Assembly: GCF_000829315.1 (NCBI RefSeq)
Contig: NZ_AP013028.1
Span: 210,001-242,000, forward strand
DNA from: Wolbachia endosymbiont of Cimex lectularius
GTDB lineage: Bacteria; Pseudomonadota; Alphaproteobacteria; Rickettsiales; Anaplasmataceae
Direction of reading: 5' to 3'
Length of the DNA stretch: 32,000 nt
Below the pieces are notes generated by a model. That model ran no database searches. It was not told where the DNA came from and saw only the letters and a program-made list of their open reading frames with translations. The position numbers and the translations under genes were made by a program. Positions within the stretch are counted from its first letter, which is position 1, and each line of letters starts with the position of its first letter. This document shows, piece by piece, positions 1-9,953 of this stretch.

Positions 1-44
1 TGGAAGTGTAGCTGATACAGCAAAATAGGTTAGTCGTTAATGAC

Positions 45-1319
45 ATGTTGAATGAGGATTTGGTAGATTATAACTTGAGTGATGAACCCACCTCTCGACA
101 TAAGACTCATACTGTAAAAGTTGGACAAGTGAAAATAGGTGGAAATAACCCTGTAGTTGTTCAATCCATGGCACTTGGTGTACACATAGATTCTGACGAC
201 ATAAAAGGCAGTGCTAAGCAATATGCAAAAGAAGTAATGGAGTTAGCACATGCGGGTTCGGAGTTGGTGAGAATTGCTTTAAACTCAGAGGAAGTAGCAA
301 AAGCAATACCTTATGTAGTAGAAGAGTTGAATGAAGAAGGCTTCGACGGTAAGATACTGGTAGGTTGTGGGCAATATGAGCTGGACAGGCTGGTTCAAGA
401 TTATCCAGACAACATTAAGATGCTGGGTAAAATTAGGATGAATCCAGGTAATATAGGCTTTGGAGACAAACGTGATGAAAAATTTGAAAGGGTTATAGAG
501 TATGCAATAAAGCACGACATTCCGATTAGAATTGGAGTAAATTGGGGCAGCCTTGATAAGTACCTTTCACAAAAACTAATGGATGAGAACTCCTTGTCTA
601 GTAATCCAAAACCTTCTGATGTTGTATTGCGCAAGGCACTTGTAATGTCAGCTCTGAGCAGTGCACAGAAGGCTGAAGAAATTGGCCTCAGTGTGGATAA
701 AATAATCATTTCGTGTAAGGTTAGTAGAGTGCAAGATTTAATCTCAGTTTACACAGCGCTTGCAAAATCCTCCAATTATGCTTTGCACTTGGGCTTAACT
801 GAAGCTGGCATGGGCAACAAAGGCGTGATAAATACTACGGCAGGGCTTACTTACTTATTACAAAATGGTATTGGAGACACGATACGTGCTTCTTTAACTC
901 AACGCCCTGGCGAATCACGAACTAACGAAGTGACAGTATGTCAAGAAATATTGCAGTCTATAGGTTTACGTCACTTTAATCCTCAAGTTAGCTCATGTCC
1001 CGGATGTGGGCGCACAAATAGCGATCGTTTTCGGGTATTAACTGAAGAAGTAAATGATTATATAAAAACTTGCATGCCGATCTGGAAGAAAAAAAATCCA
1101 GGTGTGGAGCATATGAGTATTGCTGTTATGGGATGCATCGTAAATGGTCCTGGAGAAAGTAAACACGCAAATTTGGGAATCAGCTTACCTGGATATGGAG
1201 AAAAGCCCGTTTCAGCAGTTTATAAAGACGGCAAATACTTTAAAACTTTACAAGGCAATAACATCTTTGGAGAATTTAAGGCAATTATTGATAATTATGT
1301 AAAGGAGCATTACACATAA
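45..1319 (+). CDS. ispG: 4-hydroxy-3-methylbut-2-en-1-yl diphosphate synthase (IspG/GcpE)
   Basis: 424-aa ORF with ATG at 45. IspG-like throughout, with C-terminal Fe-S cysteine motifs (SSCPGCGRT ... [11 protein letters not shown]). Confidence 0.93.
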   Translation: MLNEDLVDYNLSDEPTSRHKTHTVKVGQVKIGGNNPVVVQSMALGVHIDSDDIKGSAKQYAKEVMELAHAGSELVRIALNSEEVAKAIPYVVEELNEEGFDGKILVGCGQYELDRLVQDYPDNIKMLGKIRMNPGNIGFGDKRDEKFERVIEYAIKHDIPIRIGVNWGSLDKYLSQKLMDENSLSSNPKPSDVVLRKALVMSALSSAQKAEEIGLSVDKIIISCKVSRVQDLISVYTALAKSSNYALHLGLTEAGMGNKGVINTTAGLTYLLQNGIGDTIRASLTQRPGESRTNEVTVCQEILQSIGLRHFNPQVSSCPGCGRTNSDRFRVLTEEVNDYIKTCMPIWKKKNPGVEHMSIAVMGCIVNGPGESKHANLGISLPGYGEKPVSAVYKDGKYFKTLQGNNIFGEFKAIIDNYVKEHYT

Positions 1320-1328
1320 CCATCCAAG

Positions 1329-1556
1329 GGCGTCATGCCAGCGCCTCCTTTTCTTGTCATCCCAGTGCTCCAGCACTGGGATCTAGCTTTTCCATAATCA
1401 TCAAAACGTCGTATTTTAACATAAAACAGCTACTTTTATACTCACCAACTTAATAAAATTCCTGGATGCCAGTGTCAAGCACTGGCATGACACCCTAGTG
1501 GTAGGCTCAAATCACAATGTTCGTACAGTTGTGCGTCACGCGCTGGAATGACACCC
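1329..1556. repeat. Cluster of GC-rich palindromic repeat units (GTCAT.CCAGYG ... CRCTGG.ATGAC type)
   Basis: Perfect hairpin arms at 1359-1369/1372-1382 (ATCCCAGTGCT/AGCACTGGGAT) and 1466-1474/1480-1488 (ATGCCAGTG/CACTGGCAT). Half units at 1332-1344 and 1531-1556. These are GC-rich islands in an AT-rich spacer, with related units at 26808-26895. The first hairpin is followed by CTAGCTTTT and could also terminate ispG. Confidence 0.7.
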
Positions 1557-1970
1557 TCCTATGCAGTTCATAAATTGCAACTAGCTATAAGCGTTAAAAA
1601 ATTTACCAAGCGAAGAAAAAAGCAAAAGAAGCCCTGGTCACAGTCTATTTTAGTATTGGCGTTTTTATGCCTTAAACGCTGCAATTTAGCTGCTTTTAAA
1701 CGCAACTAGTCTAAGCTATAATATTTAAGAAATTTACCAAGTAGAAGAAAAAAACAATAAAACCCTGAGGTAGCTAGTTATTCCACTCTCTATTTTAAAA
1801 TCCGGCGTTGGGTGATGTTTTAAACTACTTATAAGCGCGTTTCAGCTTGTATGGGCAAAAACCCGAAGTTTTAAAAAGACATGCAGTGCACAGATTGAGA
1901 GGTTAAACAAATAGCTTCAGTATCATTATAAGGGTAACGGCGAAGGTTGTCAAGTAATTTTTTTGTTTCA
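1515..1970 (+). repeat. Composite intergenic repeat, locus A (head + two ~140-bp tandem units + TTGTCAAGTA-T7 tail)
   Basis: The 21-mer CAATGTTCGTACAGTTGTGCG at 1515-1535 is identical to 26792-26812. Units start at 1577 and 1702 and align with units at 20836, 20957 and 26933. The tail GGCGAAGGTTGTCAAGTAATTTTTTT lies at 1939-1966. Confidence 0.8.
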
Positions 1971-2007
1971 TAGCATGTCAAAATTGGTTTGCTGTGCAAG
2001 AGCTCTA

Positions 2008-2730
2008 CTAAAGCGAAAGCATGAGGTCTCTTGACTCTGGAAATCTCATGTTTAGCTGCGAAAATAGGTACTTATTTAAAAAATATCCTGTGACTTTTAG
2101 CCCTAATTGAAATTCTCGATATGAGTAGCTGTTTTGTAGGTTATTATTATATACATCATGCAGCATTTGCGGAAAAGGCAGCAGTTTATCTGCATAATAA
2201 TCTCCTGCTTGTTTTGACACCGCTCTGCCGGTTTTTGGAGAAATAAATTGTAAATCTTCCTGAGCACCTGTCACAGCGCATTTGAATAAATCTAGCTTAA
2301 ATCCAAGCTGTGTGAGAAGCAAAAGCTCTAAGTTGAGGTAATGGCCTTGCCAGGACTCATTATCGTGCTTGATTACATCGATGAAGTATAGAAAATTATC
2401 GTACAGTACAGCATAAGGCTCACTTTCTGGAAGCACTTTCTCCAAAATAGAAGAAAAAGAAACAATAGTGATGCTTTTTAGTCTGTCCTGAAAGAAATGG
2501 TGGAATGGAGATTCGATCAGTTCGCACTTAAAAAATCCCAGATTTTCAGGTAGTTTAGCACTCCATTCTGCATGTAATAGATTGCTTATTTGAAACTTGT
2601 AGTTACTATCATTTGTTAGCCTGGTTAATCCCCTGCGCTTTCCGTGATTTTTTGTAAACAAAGAAAGAACTAAGTTTTTGTCACCGTACTTTTTAATGGC
2701 TATAACGATGCCTTCATCTTTCCATCTCAT
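2008..2730 (-). CDS. recO: DNA repair protein RecO
   Basis: 240-aa ORF. RecO-like N-terminus (MRWKDEGIVIAIKKYGD...) and typical size. Convergent with ispG. Confidence 0.8.
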   Translation of the reverse strand: MRWKDEGIVIAIKKYGDKNLVLSLFTKNHGKRRGLTRLTNDSNYKFQISNLLHAEWSAKLPENLGFFKCELIESPFHHFFQDRLKSITIVSFSSILEKVLPESEPYAVLYDNFLYFIDVIKHDNESWQGHYLNLELLLLTQLGFKLDLFKCAVTGAQEDLQFISPKTGRAVSKQAGDYYADKLLPFPQMLHDVYNNNLQNSYSYREFQLGLKVTGYFLNKYLFSQLNMRFPESRDLMLSL

Positions 2731-2927
2731 TTGGAGTATATTGACCTATAATATTATATATATATAGTAGTAAAATCAGTACAGCAAATTCTGAAGCTCA
2801 ATAATTAAAAGGGGCTTAAATTATGAGACTGGGGCTTTTTCATGCTGCCATCGAGCAAATGCCATTATTGGTCAGTGATCGTAGAGGTTGAGCTAAAATT
2901 ATTAGAATAGTAACGTTTATTTTTATA

Positions 2928-2956
2928 TTGACTATTGAGGTTTATTATTTTATAAC
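2928..2956 (+). promoter_or_regulatory. Candidate sigma70-type promoter of the rpsL-led operon
   Basis: TTGACT (2928-2933), a 17-bp spacer, then TATAAC (2951-2956), about 40 bp upstream of the rpsL ATG. Confidence 0.5.
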
Positions 2957-2995
2957 TGGGGCTTAAGTTATTTTATGAGCTTGGGTTTTTAATAT

Positions 2996-3370
2996 ATGCC
3001 TACGATAAATCAGTTAGTACGCAAGGGTAGATTGAAATTATCATGTAAGAAAAAGGTACCAGCCTTGGGAAAAAATAACCCTCAGAGGAGGGGTGTTTGC
3101 ACTAAGGTGTATACTATAACTCCTAGGAAACCTAACTCAGCATTGCGTAAGGTAGCTAGAGTAAGGATTAGTGGATATGGTGAAGTGACAGCTTATATAC
3201 CTGGTGAGGGCCATAATTTACAAGAGCACTCTGTTGTTTTGATACGTGGTGGGAGAGTTAAAGATTTACCGGGTGTGCGTTATCACATAATAAGAGGTGC
3301 TCTTGATTTGCGTGGTGTACAAAATCGAAAGAAAGCTCGTTCAAAATATGGTGTAAAGAGATCTGGTTGA
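2996..3370 (+). CDS. rpsL: 30S ribosomal protein S12
   Basis: 124-aa ORF starting [12 protein letters not shown]..., with the universally conserved S12 sequence. Confidence 0.97.
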   Translation: MPTINQLVRKGRLKLSCKKKVPALGKNNPQRRGVCTKVYTITPRKPNSALRKVARVRISGYGEVTAYIPGEGHNLQEHSVVLIRGGRVKDLPGVRYHIIRGALDLRGVQNRKKARSKYGVKRSG

Positions 3371-3375
3371 AGTTT

Positions 3376-3855
3376 ATGGCTCGTCGTAATAAAGCAAGAA
3401 AGAGAGAGATAGTTCCTGATTTGCGTTACAGTAGTGTTTTGTTGATGCGTTTCATTAATGTAATTATGAAATGTGGTAAAAAATCCATTGCAGAAAAAAT
3501 TGTCTATGGTGCTTTATCTTCAGCTGAAAAGAAAATAAATGAAAGCGGGATATTAATTTTTGAAACAGCAGTAGAAAATGTTACACCTTCTGTAGAAGTA
3601 CGTTCTCGTCGTATTGGCGGCGCAACTTATCAAGTACCTTGTGAAGTTAGGAAAGATAGAGCAATTTCTTTAGCATTGAGGTGGATTGCTAAAGCTGCTT
3701 CCGTTGCTAGAAAGAAGAGTGGCAAAACTTCTGCTGATTGTCTGCAATCTGAAATAATAGATGCTTATAATAAGCGCGGTGGTGCGTTTAAGATGTATGA
3801 GGAAAAATATAAAATGGCTGAAGCTAATAAGGCCTTTTCTCATCTTCGCTTTTGA
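3376..3855 (+). CDS. rpsG: 30S ribosomal protein S7
   Basis: S7-like ORF. I prefer the ATG at 3376 ([11 protein letters not shown]...) to the TTG at 3367 in the ORF track, which overlaps the rpsL stop. Confidence 0.95.
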   Translation: MARRNKARKREIVPDLRYSSVLLMRFINVIMKCGKKSIAEKIVYGALSSAEKKINESGILIFETAVENVTPSVEVRSRRIGGATYQVPCEVRKDRAISLALRWIAKAASVARKKSGKTSADCLQSEIIDAYNKRGGAFKMYEEKYKMAEANKAFSHLRF

Positions 3856-3876
3856 TGTTGGCTAATTAATGGTAAT

Positions 3877-5943
3877 ATGGAAATTAATATATCTAAATAC
3901 AGGAATATAGGTATAATGGCTCATATAGATGCTGGTAAGACTACCACAACGGAGCGTATTTTATTTTATACTGGTAAACAAAATAGAATTGGTGAAGTGC
4001 ATGATGGTGCAGCTTCTATGGATTGGATGGAGCAGGAGAAAGAGCGTGGTATTACAATCACATCTGCTGCAACAACTTGTTTTTGGAATAATCATAGAAT
4101 CAATATAATAGATACTCCCGGGCACGTTGACTTTACTATTGAGGTTGAAAGATCTTTGAGAGTTTTAGATGGTGCAGTTGCTGTATTTGATGGAGTTGCA
4201 GGAGTTGAGCCTCAATCTGAGACTGTTTGGCGTCAAGCTGATAAGTATAATGTCCCTCGCATCTGTTTTGTCAACAAAATGGATAGAATAGGAGCCAATT
4301 TTTATCGATGTGTTGATATGATTAAGAGCAAGCTTGGGGCAGTGCCTCTAGTCATTCAGCTACCTATAGGGAGTGAGAAGGATTTTAAGGGCATAGTAGA
4401 TCTTATCTCTATGAAGGCTATTATATGGGAAGAAGAGACGTTAGGTGCTAAATTTTCCTATGAAGATATTCCTTCTGATTTGCTTGATAAAGCTCAAGAG
4501 TATCGAAATCTTTTATTAGATACTGCAGCTGGGATGGATGATGAAGCAATGAACACTTATTTTGAATCTAATGACCTGCCAGTAGATTTGCTGAAGAAAT
4601 GTGTGAGGAGCGAAGCTATTAAAGGGGCGTTTGTTCCTGTATTATGTGGATCAGCTTTTAAAAATAAAGGAGTACAGCCGCTTTTAGACGGTATAGTTGA
4701 TTTTCTACCTTCCCCTATTGATGTTGATGAAATTGTTGGAACTAATCCTAAGGATTCAGAAAAGAAAATTGCGATTAAACCTTCAGAGCAAGAAAAATTT
4801 GTCGCTCTTGCATTTAAAGTGATGACAGATAAATTTGTGGGTAGCTTAACGTTTATTCGTATTTATTCCGGTAAGTTGAAGTCTAAATCTACTGTGTTGA
4901 ATGCGGTAAAAAATGAGACTGAAGGAATTGGTAGAATGCTGCTTATGCATGCGAACAACAGGGAAGATATAAACGAAGCTAAAGTTGGGGATATAGTTGC
5001 TTTAGTTGGATTGAAAAAAACAATTACTGGTGATACTTTATGTTCGCATGATTTTCCTATATTATTAGAGCGTATGGAATTTCCTGAGCCTGTTATTGAA
5101 ATTGCTGTGGAGCCTAAGACTACTTCAGATCAGGAAAAGTTAGGTGTTGCTTTAAATAGATTAGTTGCAGAGGATCCTTCTTTAAGAATGTCGGTAAATG
5201 CGGAAAGTGGTCAGACTATATTAAAAGGTATGGGTGAATTGCATCTTGAAATTATTACAGATAGAGTAAAGCGTGAGTTTAACGTTGATGTTAATATTGG
5301 TGCACCTCAGGTTGCGTATCGTGAAACTATTACTAAATCTGTTGAAATTGATTACACTCACAAAAAACAATCAGGTGGTGCTGGTCAATTTGCTAGAGTG
5401 AAGATCTTATTTGAACCTCTTGAACCTGGTTCTGGGTTTCAATTTGAAAGCAAAATCGTGGGTGGTGCAATTCCAAAAGAATACATTCCTGGTGTGCAAA
5501 ATGGTTTGGAGTTGATAAAAGAGGGAGGAATGATCTATGGCTTCCCAGTTATTGATTTTAAGGCTACTCTTATTGATGGTGCCTTTCATGAAGTTGATTC
5601 AAGTCCTTTAGCTTTTGAGCTAGCTGCCAAAGGTGCTTTTAAGGAAATGGCAAATAAAGCTGGTCCAAAGATGTTAGAACCTATAATGAAGGTTGAGATT
5701 ATTACACCTGAAGAGTATATGGGTGATATTATGGGTGATGTAAATAGTAGAAGAGGACAAGTTTCAAGTATGGAAACGCATAATAATAGCGCTATAATTC
5801 TTGCTTTAGTGCCTCTTGCAAGTATGTTTGGTTATATAAATGTTTTGCGTTCTATATCTCAAGGAAGGGCTCAATATAGTATGCATTTTTCTTGTTATGA
5901 ACAAGTGCCACAGTATGTGGTTGATGAGTTAAGGTATAATTAA
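3877..5943 (+). CDS. fusA: Translation elongation factor G
   Basis: 688-aa ORF with GTPase motifs [17 protein letters not shown] and NKMD, in str-operon position. Confidence 0.97.
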   Translation: MEINISKYRNIGIMAHIDAGKTTTTERILFYTGKQNRIGEVHDGAASMDWMEQEKERGITITSAATTCFWNNHRINIIDTPGHVDFTIEVERSLRVLDGAVAVFDGVAGVEPQSETVWRQADKYNVPRICFVNKMDRIGANFYRCVDMIKSKLGAVPLVIQLPIGSEKDFKGIVDLISMKAIIWEEETLGAKFSYEDIPSDLLDKAQEYRNLLLDTAAGMDDEAMNTYFESNDLPVDLLKKCVRSEAIKGAFVPVLCGSAFKNKGVQPLLDGIVDFLPSPIDVDEIVGTNPKDSEKKIAIKPSEQEKFVALAFKVMTDKFVGSLTFIRIYSGKLKSKSTVLNAVKNETEGIGRMLLMHANNREDINEAKVGDIVALVGLKKTITGDTLCSHDFPILLERMEFPEPVIEIAVEPKTTSDQEKLGVALNRLVAEDPSLRMSVNAESGQTILKGMGELHLEIITDRVKREFNVDVNIGAPQVAYRETITKSVEIDYTHKKQSGGAGQFARVKILFEPLEPGSGFQFESKIVGGAIPKEYIPGVQNGLELIKEGGMIYGFPVIDFKATLIDGAFHEVDSSPLAFELAAKGAFKEMANKAGPKMLEPIMKVEIITPEEYMGDIMGDVNSRRGQVSSMETHNNSAIILALVPLASMFGYINVLRSISQGRAQYSMHFSCYEQVPQYVVDELRYN

Positions 5944-5954
5944 GGGTAACGATT

Positions 5955-7130
5955 ATGACACAAGTAGTAGAAGCATTTGGCAAGCCGCATGTGAATGTGG
6001 GGACAATAGGGCATGTGGATCATGGGAAGACGACATTGACAGCGGCGATAACAAAGTATTATGGGAATTTTGTAGCATACGATCAAATAGACAAAGCACC
6101 AGAAGAGAGGAAAAGGGGAATAACGATCGCAACAGCACACGTTGAATATCAGACGGAAAAGAGGCATTATGCACATGTTGATTGTCCTGGGCATGCTGAT
6201 TATGTAAAAAACATGATAGTAGGTGCAGCACAGATGGATGCGGCAATATTGGTAGTGTCAGGAGTTGATGGGCCGATGCCACAAACAAGAGAACACATAT
6301 TACTAGCAAAGCAAGTTGGTGTTAAGTATATTGTGGTATACATAAATAAAGCTGATGTTGCTGATCACGATATGATTGGTTTGGTGGAGATGGAAGTCAG
6401 AGAATTGTTAACAAAGTATGGCTTTCCTGGAGATGAAGTACCAGTTATTGTGGGTTCGGCATTGAAAGTGCTGGAAGGTGACGAAAATAGTGAATATGGA
6501 AAAAAATCAATGGATAAATTGATGAAAGCATTAGATGAGTATGTGCCTGATCAGCCGAGGCCTGTGGATTTACCATTTTTAATGCCAATAGAAGATGTAT
6601 TTTCGATATCTGGGCGTGGAACTGTAGTAACAGGAAGAATAGAAAAGGGAGAAGTAAAGATAGGTGAAGAGATAGAAATAATAGGTCTGAAAGCAACGCA
6701 AAAGACGATATGTACAGGTGTTGAGATGTTTAAGAAGTTACTAGACAAGGGATGTGCAGGGCTCAATGTAGGGATATTGCTGAGGGGAACAAAGAGAGAA
6801 GAAGTGGAGAGGGGGCAGGTATTAGCAAAGCCAGGGACAATAACACCGCATAAGAGGTTTAAGGCGGAGGTGTATATATTGAAGAAAGAAGAAGGAGGGA
6901 GGCATACGCCATTTTTTGCAAATTATCAGCCACAATTTTATATAAGGACGACAGATGTAACGGGAAGTATAAAATTGCTGGAAGGGAAAGAGATGGTAAT
7001 GCCGGGAGATAATGTAAGTATAGAAGTGGAATTGCAAGTATCAATAGCGATGGATAAGGGATTGCGTTTTGCAATAAGAGAGGGTGGTAGAACTGTTGGT
7101 TCTGGTGTTGTTTCTGAAATTTTGGAGTAG
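5955..7130 (+). CDS. tuf: Translation elongation factor Tu
   Basis: 391-aa ORF with [18 protein letters not shown] and NKAD motifs, following fusA. Confidence 0.97.
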   Translation: MTQVVEAFGKPHVNVGTIGHVDHGKTTLTAAITKYYGNFVAYDQIDKAPEERKRGITIATAHVEYQTEKRHYAHVDCPGHADYVKNMIVGAAQMDAAILVVSGVDGPMPQTREHILLAKQVGVKYIVVYINKADVADHDMIGLVEMEVRELLTKYGFPGDEVPVIVGSALKVLEGDENSEYGKKSMDKLMKALDEYVPDQPRPVDLPFLMPIEDVFSISGRGTVVTGRIEKGEVKIGEEIEIIGLKATQKTICTGVEMFKKLLDKGCAGLNVGILLRGTKREEVERGQVLAKPGTITPHKRFKAEVYILKKEEGGRHTPFFANYQPQFYIRTTDVTGSIKLLEGKEMVMPGDNVSIEVELQVSIAMDKGLRFAIREGGRTVGSGVVSEILE

Positions 7131-7132
7131 AC

Positions 7133-7501
7133 GTGGTGATTGAAGTAGAGCAAGTTGGATATATTATAGGTGAAGCTTTTGATTGTTCAAAATTAGAAAT
7201 GTATATTGGAGATTCTGCACGTGTGTTAAAGAATAAACTTAAGCATTTTGGTGTAAAAGTGTCCGGCCCAGTTGCATTGAAAAGGAAAAATTTTAGGTTT
7301 GATACTAATAGGTCTCCTCACGTTGATAAAAAATCTCGTGAACAGTTTGAACAGAGAGCTTCTAAGCGTTTGATTGTGTTATATGGTCTCACCCCTGCTG
7401 TGATGCAAATGCTTGGAGATTCATCTCTTTTTCCTCCTCCACCTTCCGGTGTGGAAACTTATTTAAAGATCAAAAAAGTCAAGTTTAAGAAAGAGAAATG
7501 A
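7133..7501 (+). CDS. rpsJ: 30S ribosomal protein S10
   Basis: 122-aa ORF with an S10 core (...FDTNRSPHVDKKSREQFEQRASKRLI...). GTG start at 7133, exact start uncertain. Overlaps rplC by 4 nt (ATGA). Confidence 0.88.
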   Translation: MVIEVEQVGYIIGEAFDCSKLEMYIGDSARVLKNKLKHFGVKVSGPVALKRKNFRFDTNRSPHVDKKSREQFEQRASKRLIVLYGLTPAVMQMLGDSSLFPPPPSGVETYLKIKKVKFKKEK

Positions 7502-8223
7502 AAAGAATGAATTTGTTGAAAAGAATTGGTTTATTGATGACAAATATTGGTCATACTGCTGTATACTCTGATAGTGGTCGCATGGTTGTAACTTTATTGC
7601 ATCTTAGTGAAACTTGTATTGTTGATGTGAAAGAGCAAGATAAATGTGGTTATAATTCGGTTATTTTAGGTACTGGGGATTTTAAAAATATTGCAAAACC
7701 TCAGTTAGAATACTTAAAGAAGAGAGGAATAAATAGTAGATATAGACTATATGAAAGTAGATTGAGTGATCTCTCAGGAATAGAGTGTGGTAAAAGAGTG
7801 GGGGTTAACCATTTTGTGGTTGGTCAATATCTTGATATTACGGGTTATTCTGTAGGTAAGGGGTTTGCTGGTGTAATGAAGCGATATAATTTCAGTGGGC
7901 TTAGGGCATCTCACGGTGTTTCTATTGCTCATAGGTCGCAAGGTTCTACTGGTCAATGTCAGGATCCTGGTAGAGTATTTAAAGGAAAGAAAATGGCTGG
8001 TCATTTAGGTAGCAGCAGAGTAACTGTACATAACATGAAAATATTATCTATCGATCATGAAAATAGTATAATTGCTGTAAAAGGTAACAACGTTCCTGGA
8101 TTTAGAAATTCTTACGTTTTTGTGAGAGATGCAGTTAAAAAGCCTTTACATAAAGATATTCCTTTTCCGGTAGGTCTACTGTTAGATGTAAATGATGATA
8201 ATGCTAGTGGTTTGGTAAATTAG
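7498..8223 (+). CDS. rplC: 50S ribosomal protein L3
   Basis: 241-aa ORF with L3-like motifs (GKGFAGVMKRYNF, HRSQGSTG) in S10-operon order. The ATG at 7507 is an alternative start. Confidence 0.93.
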   Translation: MKRMNLLKRIGLLMTNIGHTAVYSDSGRMVVTLLHLSETCIVDVKEQDKCGYNSVILGTGDFKNIAKPQLEYLKKRGINSRYRLYESRLSDLSGIECGKRVGVNHFVVGQYLDITGYSVGKGFAGVMKRYNFSGLRASHGVSIAHRSQGSTGQCQDPGRVFKGKKMAGHLGSSRVTVHNMKILSIDHENSIIAVKGNNVPGFRNSYVFVRDAVKKPLHKDIPFPVGLLLDVNDDNASGLVN

Positions 8224-8225
8224 TT

Positions 8226-8840
8226 ATGGAATGTAAATTAGTTAATCTATCTAATGATAATATAGGTATTGCTCAGCTTAACCCTTCGATATTTTCCGTT
8301 AAGCAAAAATTGAGTATTTTGCATGATATAGTTAAATGGCAATTAGCGAAGAGGAGGGCTGGTACTCATAAAGCAAAAGGCATCAGTGATGTTTCTGGTA
8401 CAACAGCTAAGCCTTATAGTCAAAAACGCACTGGTAGAGCAAGACAAGGAAGCTTGCGTTCTCCTCAGTTTAGGGGTGGTGGAGTTATTTTTGGTCCTGT
8501 TGTTAGGAGTCATGCCTATTCTCTTAATAAAAAAGTACGCAAATTTGGTTTAAAAGTTGCTTTATCTCTAAAATATTTTAATAATCAATTAATCATTCTT
8601 GATAATTTGAATATTGATGTGAAGAAAACATCTGAAATGTGTAAATATATTAAAAATTTCAAATTTTCTTCCTTTCTGATAGTTGGTGATTATGGAGATG
8701 GATTGCTACGCTCTACTAGAAACCTACACCATGTAAACTTGATCAAGCCTATCGGGTTGAATGTTTTTGATATATTAAATCACGAATGCATAATGTTAAC
8801 AAGTGATGCTTTAAAATATCTTGAAGGTAGATTGTTATGA
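8226..8840 (+). CDS. rplD: 50S ribosomal protein L4
   Basis: 204-aa ORF, L4-like (KRTGRARQGSLRSPQFRGGGVIFGP), in operon order. Confidence 0.94.
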   Translation: MECKLVNLSNDNIGIAQLNPSIFSVKQKLSILHDIVKWQLAKRRAGTHKAKGISDVSGTTAKPYSQKRTGRARQGSLRSPQFRGGGVIFGPVVRSHAYSLNKKVRKFGLKVALSLKYFNNQLIILDNLNIDVKKTSEMCKYIKNFKFSSFLIVGDYGDGLLRSTRNLHHVNLIKPIGLNVFDILNHECIMLTSDALKYLEGRLL

Positions 8841-9124
8841 TTAAATGCAATAATATAATAAAATGTCCTATAATTACGGAAAAAGCCTCTTTTTTAAGAG
8901 AGAAATTTAATAAATATTCTTTGTATGTTTGCGTGAATGCAAATAAGTATAAAATAAAGTTGGCAATAGAGTTTCTATTTTGCGTTAAAGTTTCCTCTAT
9001 AAATATTGTTAGAGTTAAACCTAAACGTAGACGCTTTAGAGGCGTGGTTGGCTATGAAAAACAAAAAAAGAAAGTTTATTTTTCTTTGATGGATGATCAA
9101 AAGTTAGATATAATGAGTGTTTAA
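8837..9124 (+). CDS. rplW: 50S ribosomal protein L23
   Basis: 95-aa ORF between L4 and L2 with the L23 N-terminal pattern ([11 protein letters not shown]). Overlaps the rplD stop (ATGA). Confidence 0.88.
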   Translation: MIKCNNIIKCPIITEKASFLREKFNKYSLYVCVNANKYKIKLAIEFLFCVKVSSINIVRVKPKRRRFRGVVGYEKQKKKVYFSLMDDQKLDIMSV

Positions 9125-9125
9125 T

Positions 9126-9950
9126 ATGGGTATAAAGTTTCTTAATCCTGTTACTCCATCCTCTCGTGGAACTGTGTTAGTAAGTAAAATTGGTCTATCA
9201 AAAGATAAGCCAGAAAAGCTTCTTACATTTGGTAAAAAGTCCAGTGGTGGAAGAAATAATTACGGTAGAATTACAACTCGCCATAAGGGTGGTGGTCACA
9301 AAAAGAAGTACAGAATTGTAGATTTCAAACGTAATAGAAATGATCAAGGTATAGTTGAGAAAGTAGAATATGATCCAAATAGAAGTGGGTTTTTAGCGTT
9401 AATATCATATAAGAGCGATAATACTAAATCTTATATGCTAGCTCCACAAAACGTAAAGCCTGGTGATGTTGTAATGTCAGGAGATGATGCTGATATATTG
9501 CCAGGCAATTGTTTATCATTGAAGTGTATACCTGTTGGTTCTTTTGTTCATGGTATTGAGCTGAAGCCAGGTAATGGTGCTGTAATTGCTCGAGCTGCTG
9601 GTTGTTATGCACAAATTGTTGGTCGTGATGGCAATTATGTTTTATTACGGTTGAGGTCTGGTCAAGTTAGGTTGATTTTGTCTTCTTGCAAAGCTACTAT
9701 TGGTGTAATGTCTAATCCTGATCGTAAAAATAGAAAATTAGGTAAAGCAGGAAGAAATAGGTGGTTGGGAGTTAGGCCTACCGTTCGCGGAGTTGCTATG
9801 AATCCAGTGGATCATCCTCATGGAGGTGGAGAAGGAAAAACTTCTGGTGGGCGTCATCCCGTTACTCCTTGGGGTGTTGCAACAAAAGGAAAGAAAACTC
9901 GGAAGAGAAATAAATTTAGTGATAAGTATATAAAACAATTGAAAGGTTAG
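9126..9950 (+). CDS. rplB: 50S ribosomal protein L2
   Basis: L2 motifs ([29 protein letters not shown]). The ATG at 9126 is preferred over the GTG at 9117, which overlaps rplW. Confidence 0.96.
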   Translation: MGIKFLNPVTPSSRGTVLVSKIGLSKDKPEKLLTFGKKSSGGRNNYGRITTRHKGGGHKKKYRIVDFKRNRNDQGIVEKVEYDPNRSGFLALISYKSDNTKSYMLAPQNVKPGDVVMSGDDADILPGNCLSLKCIPVGSFVHGIELKPGNGAVIARAAGCYAQIVGRDGNYVLLRLRSGQVRLILSSCKATIGVMSNPDRKNRKLGKAGRNRWLGVRPTVRGVAMNPVDHPHGGGEGKTSGGRHPVTPWGVATKGKKTRKRNKFSDKYIKQLKG

Positions 9951-9953
9951 TTT

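Noticed and set aside
5940-7153. Nine antisense ORFs of 60-118 aa stacked over tuf (for example 5953-6309, 6445-6696, 6938-7153)
   Set aside because: They are a by-product of the purine-rich tuf coding strand. The pyrimidine-rich antisense strand cannot form stop codons. Their low-complexity L/S/F/P-rich translations have no start context.
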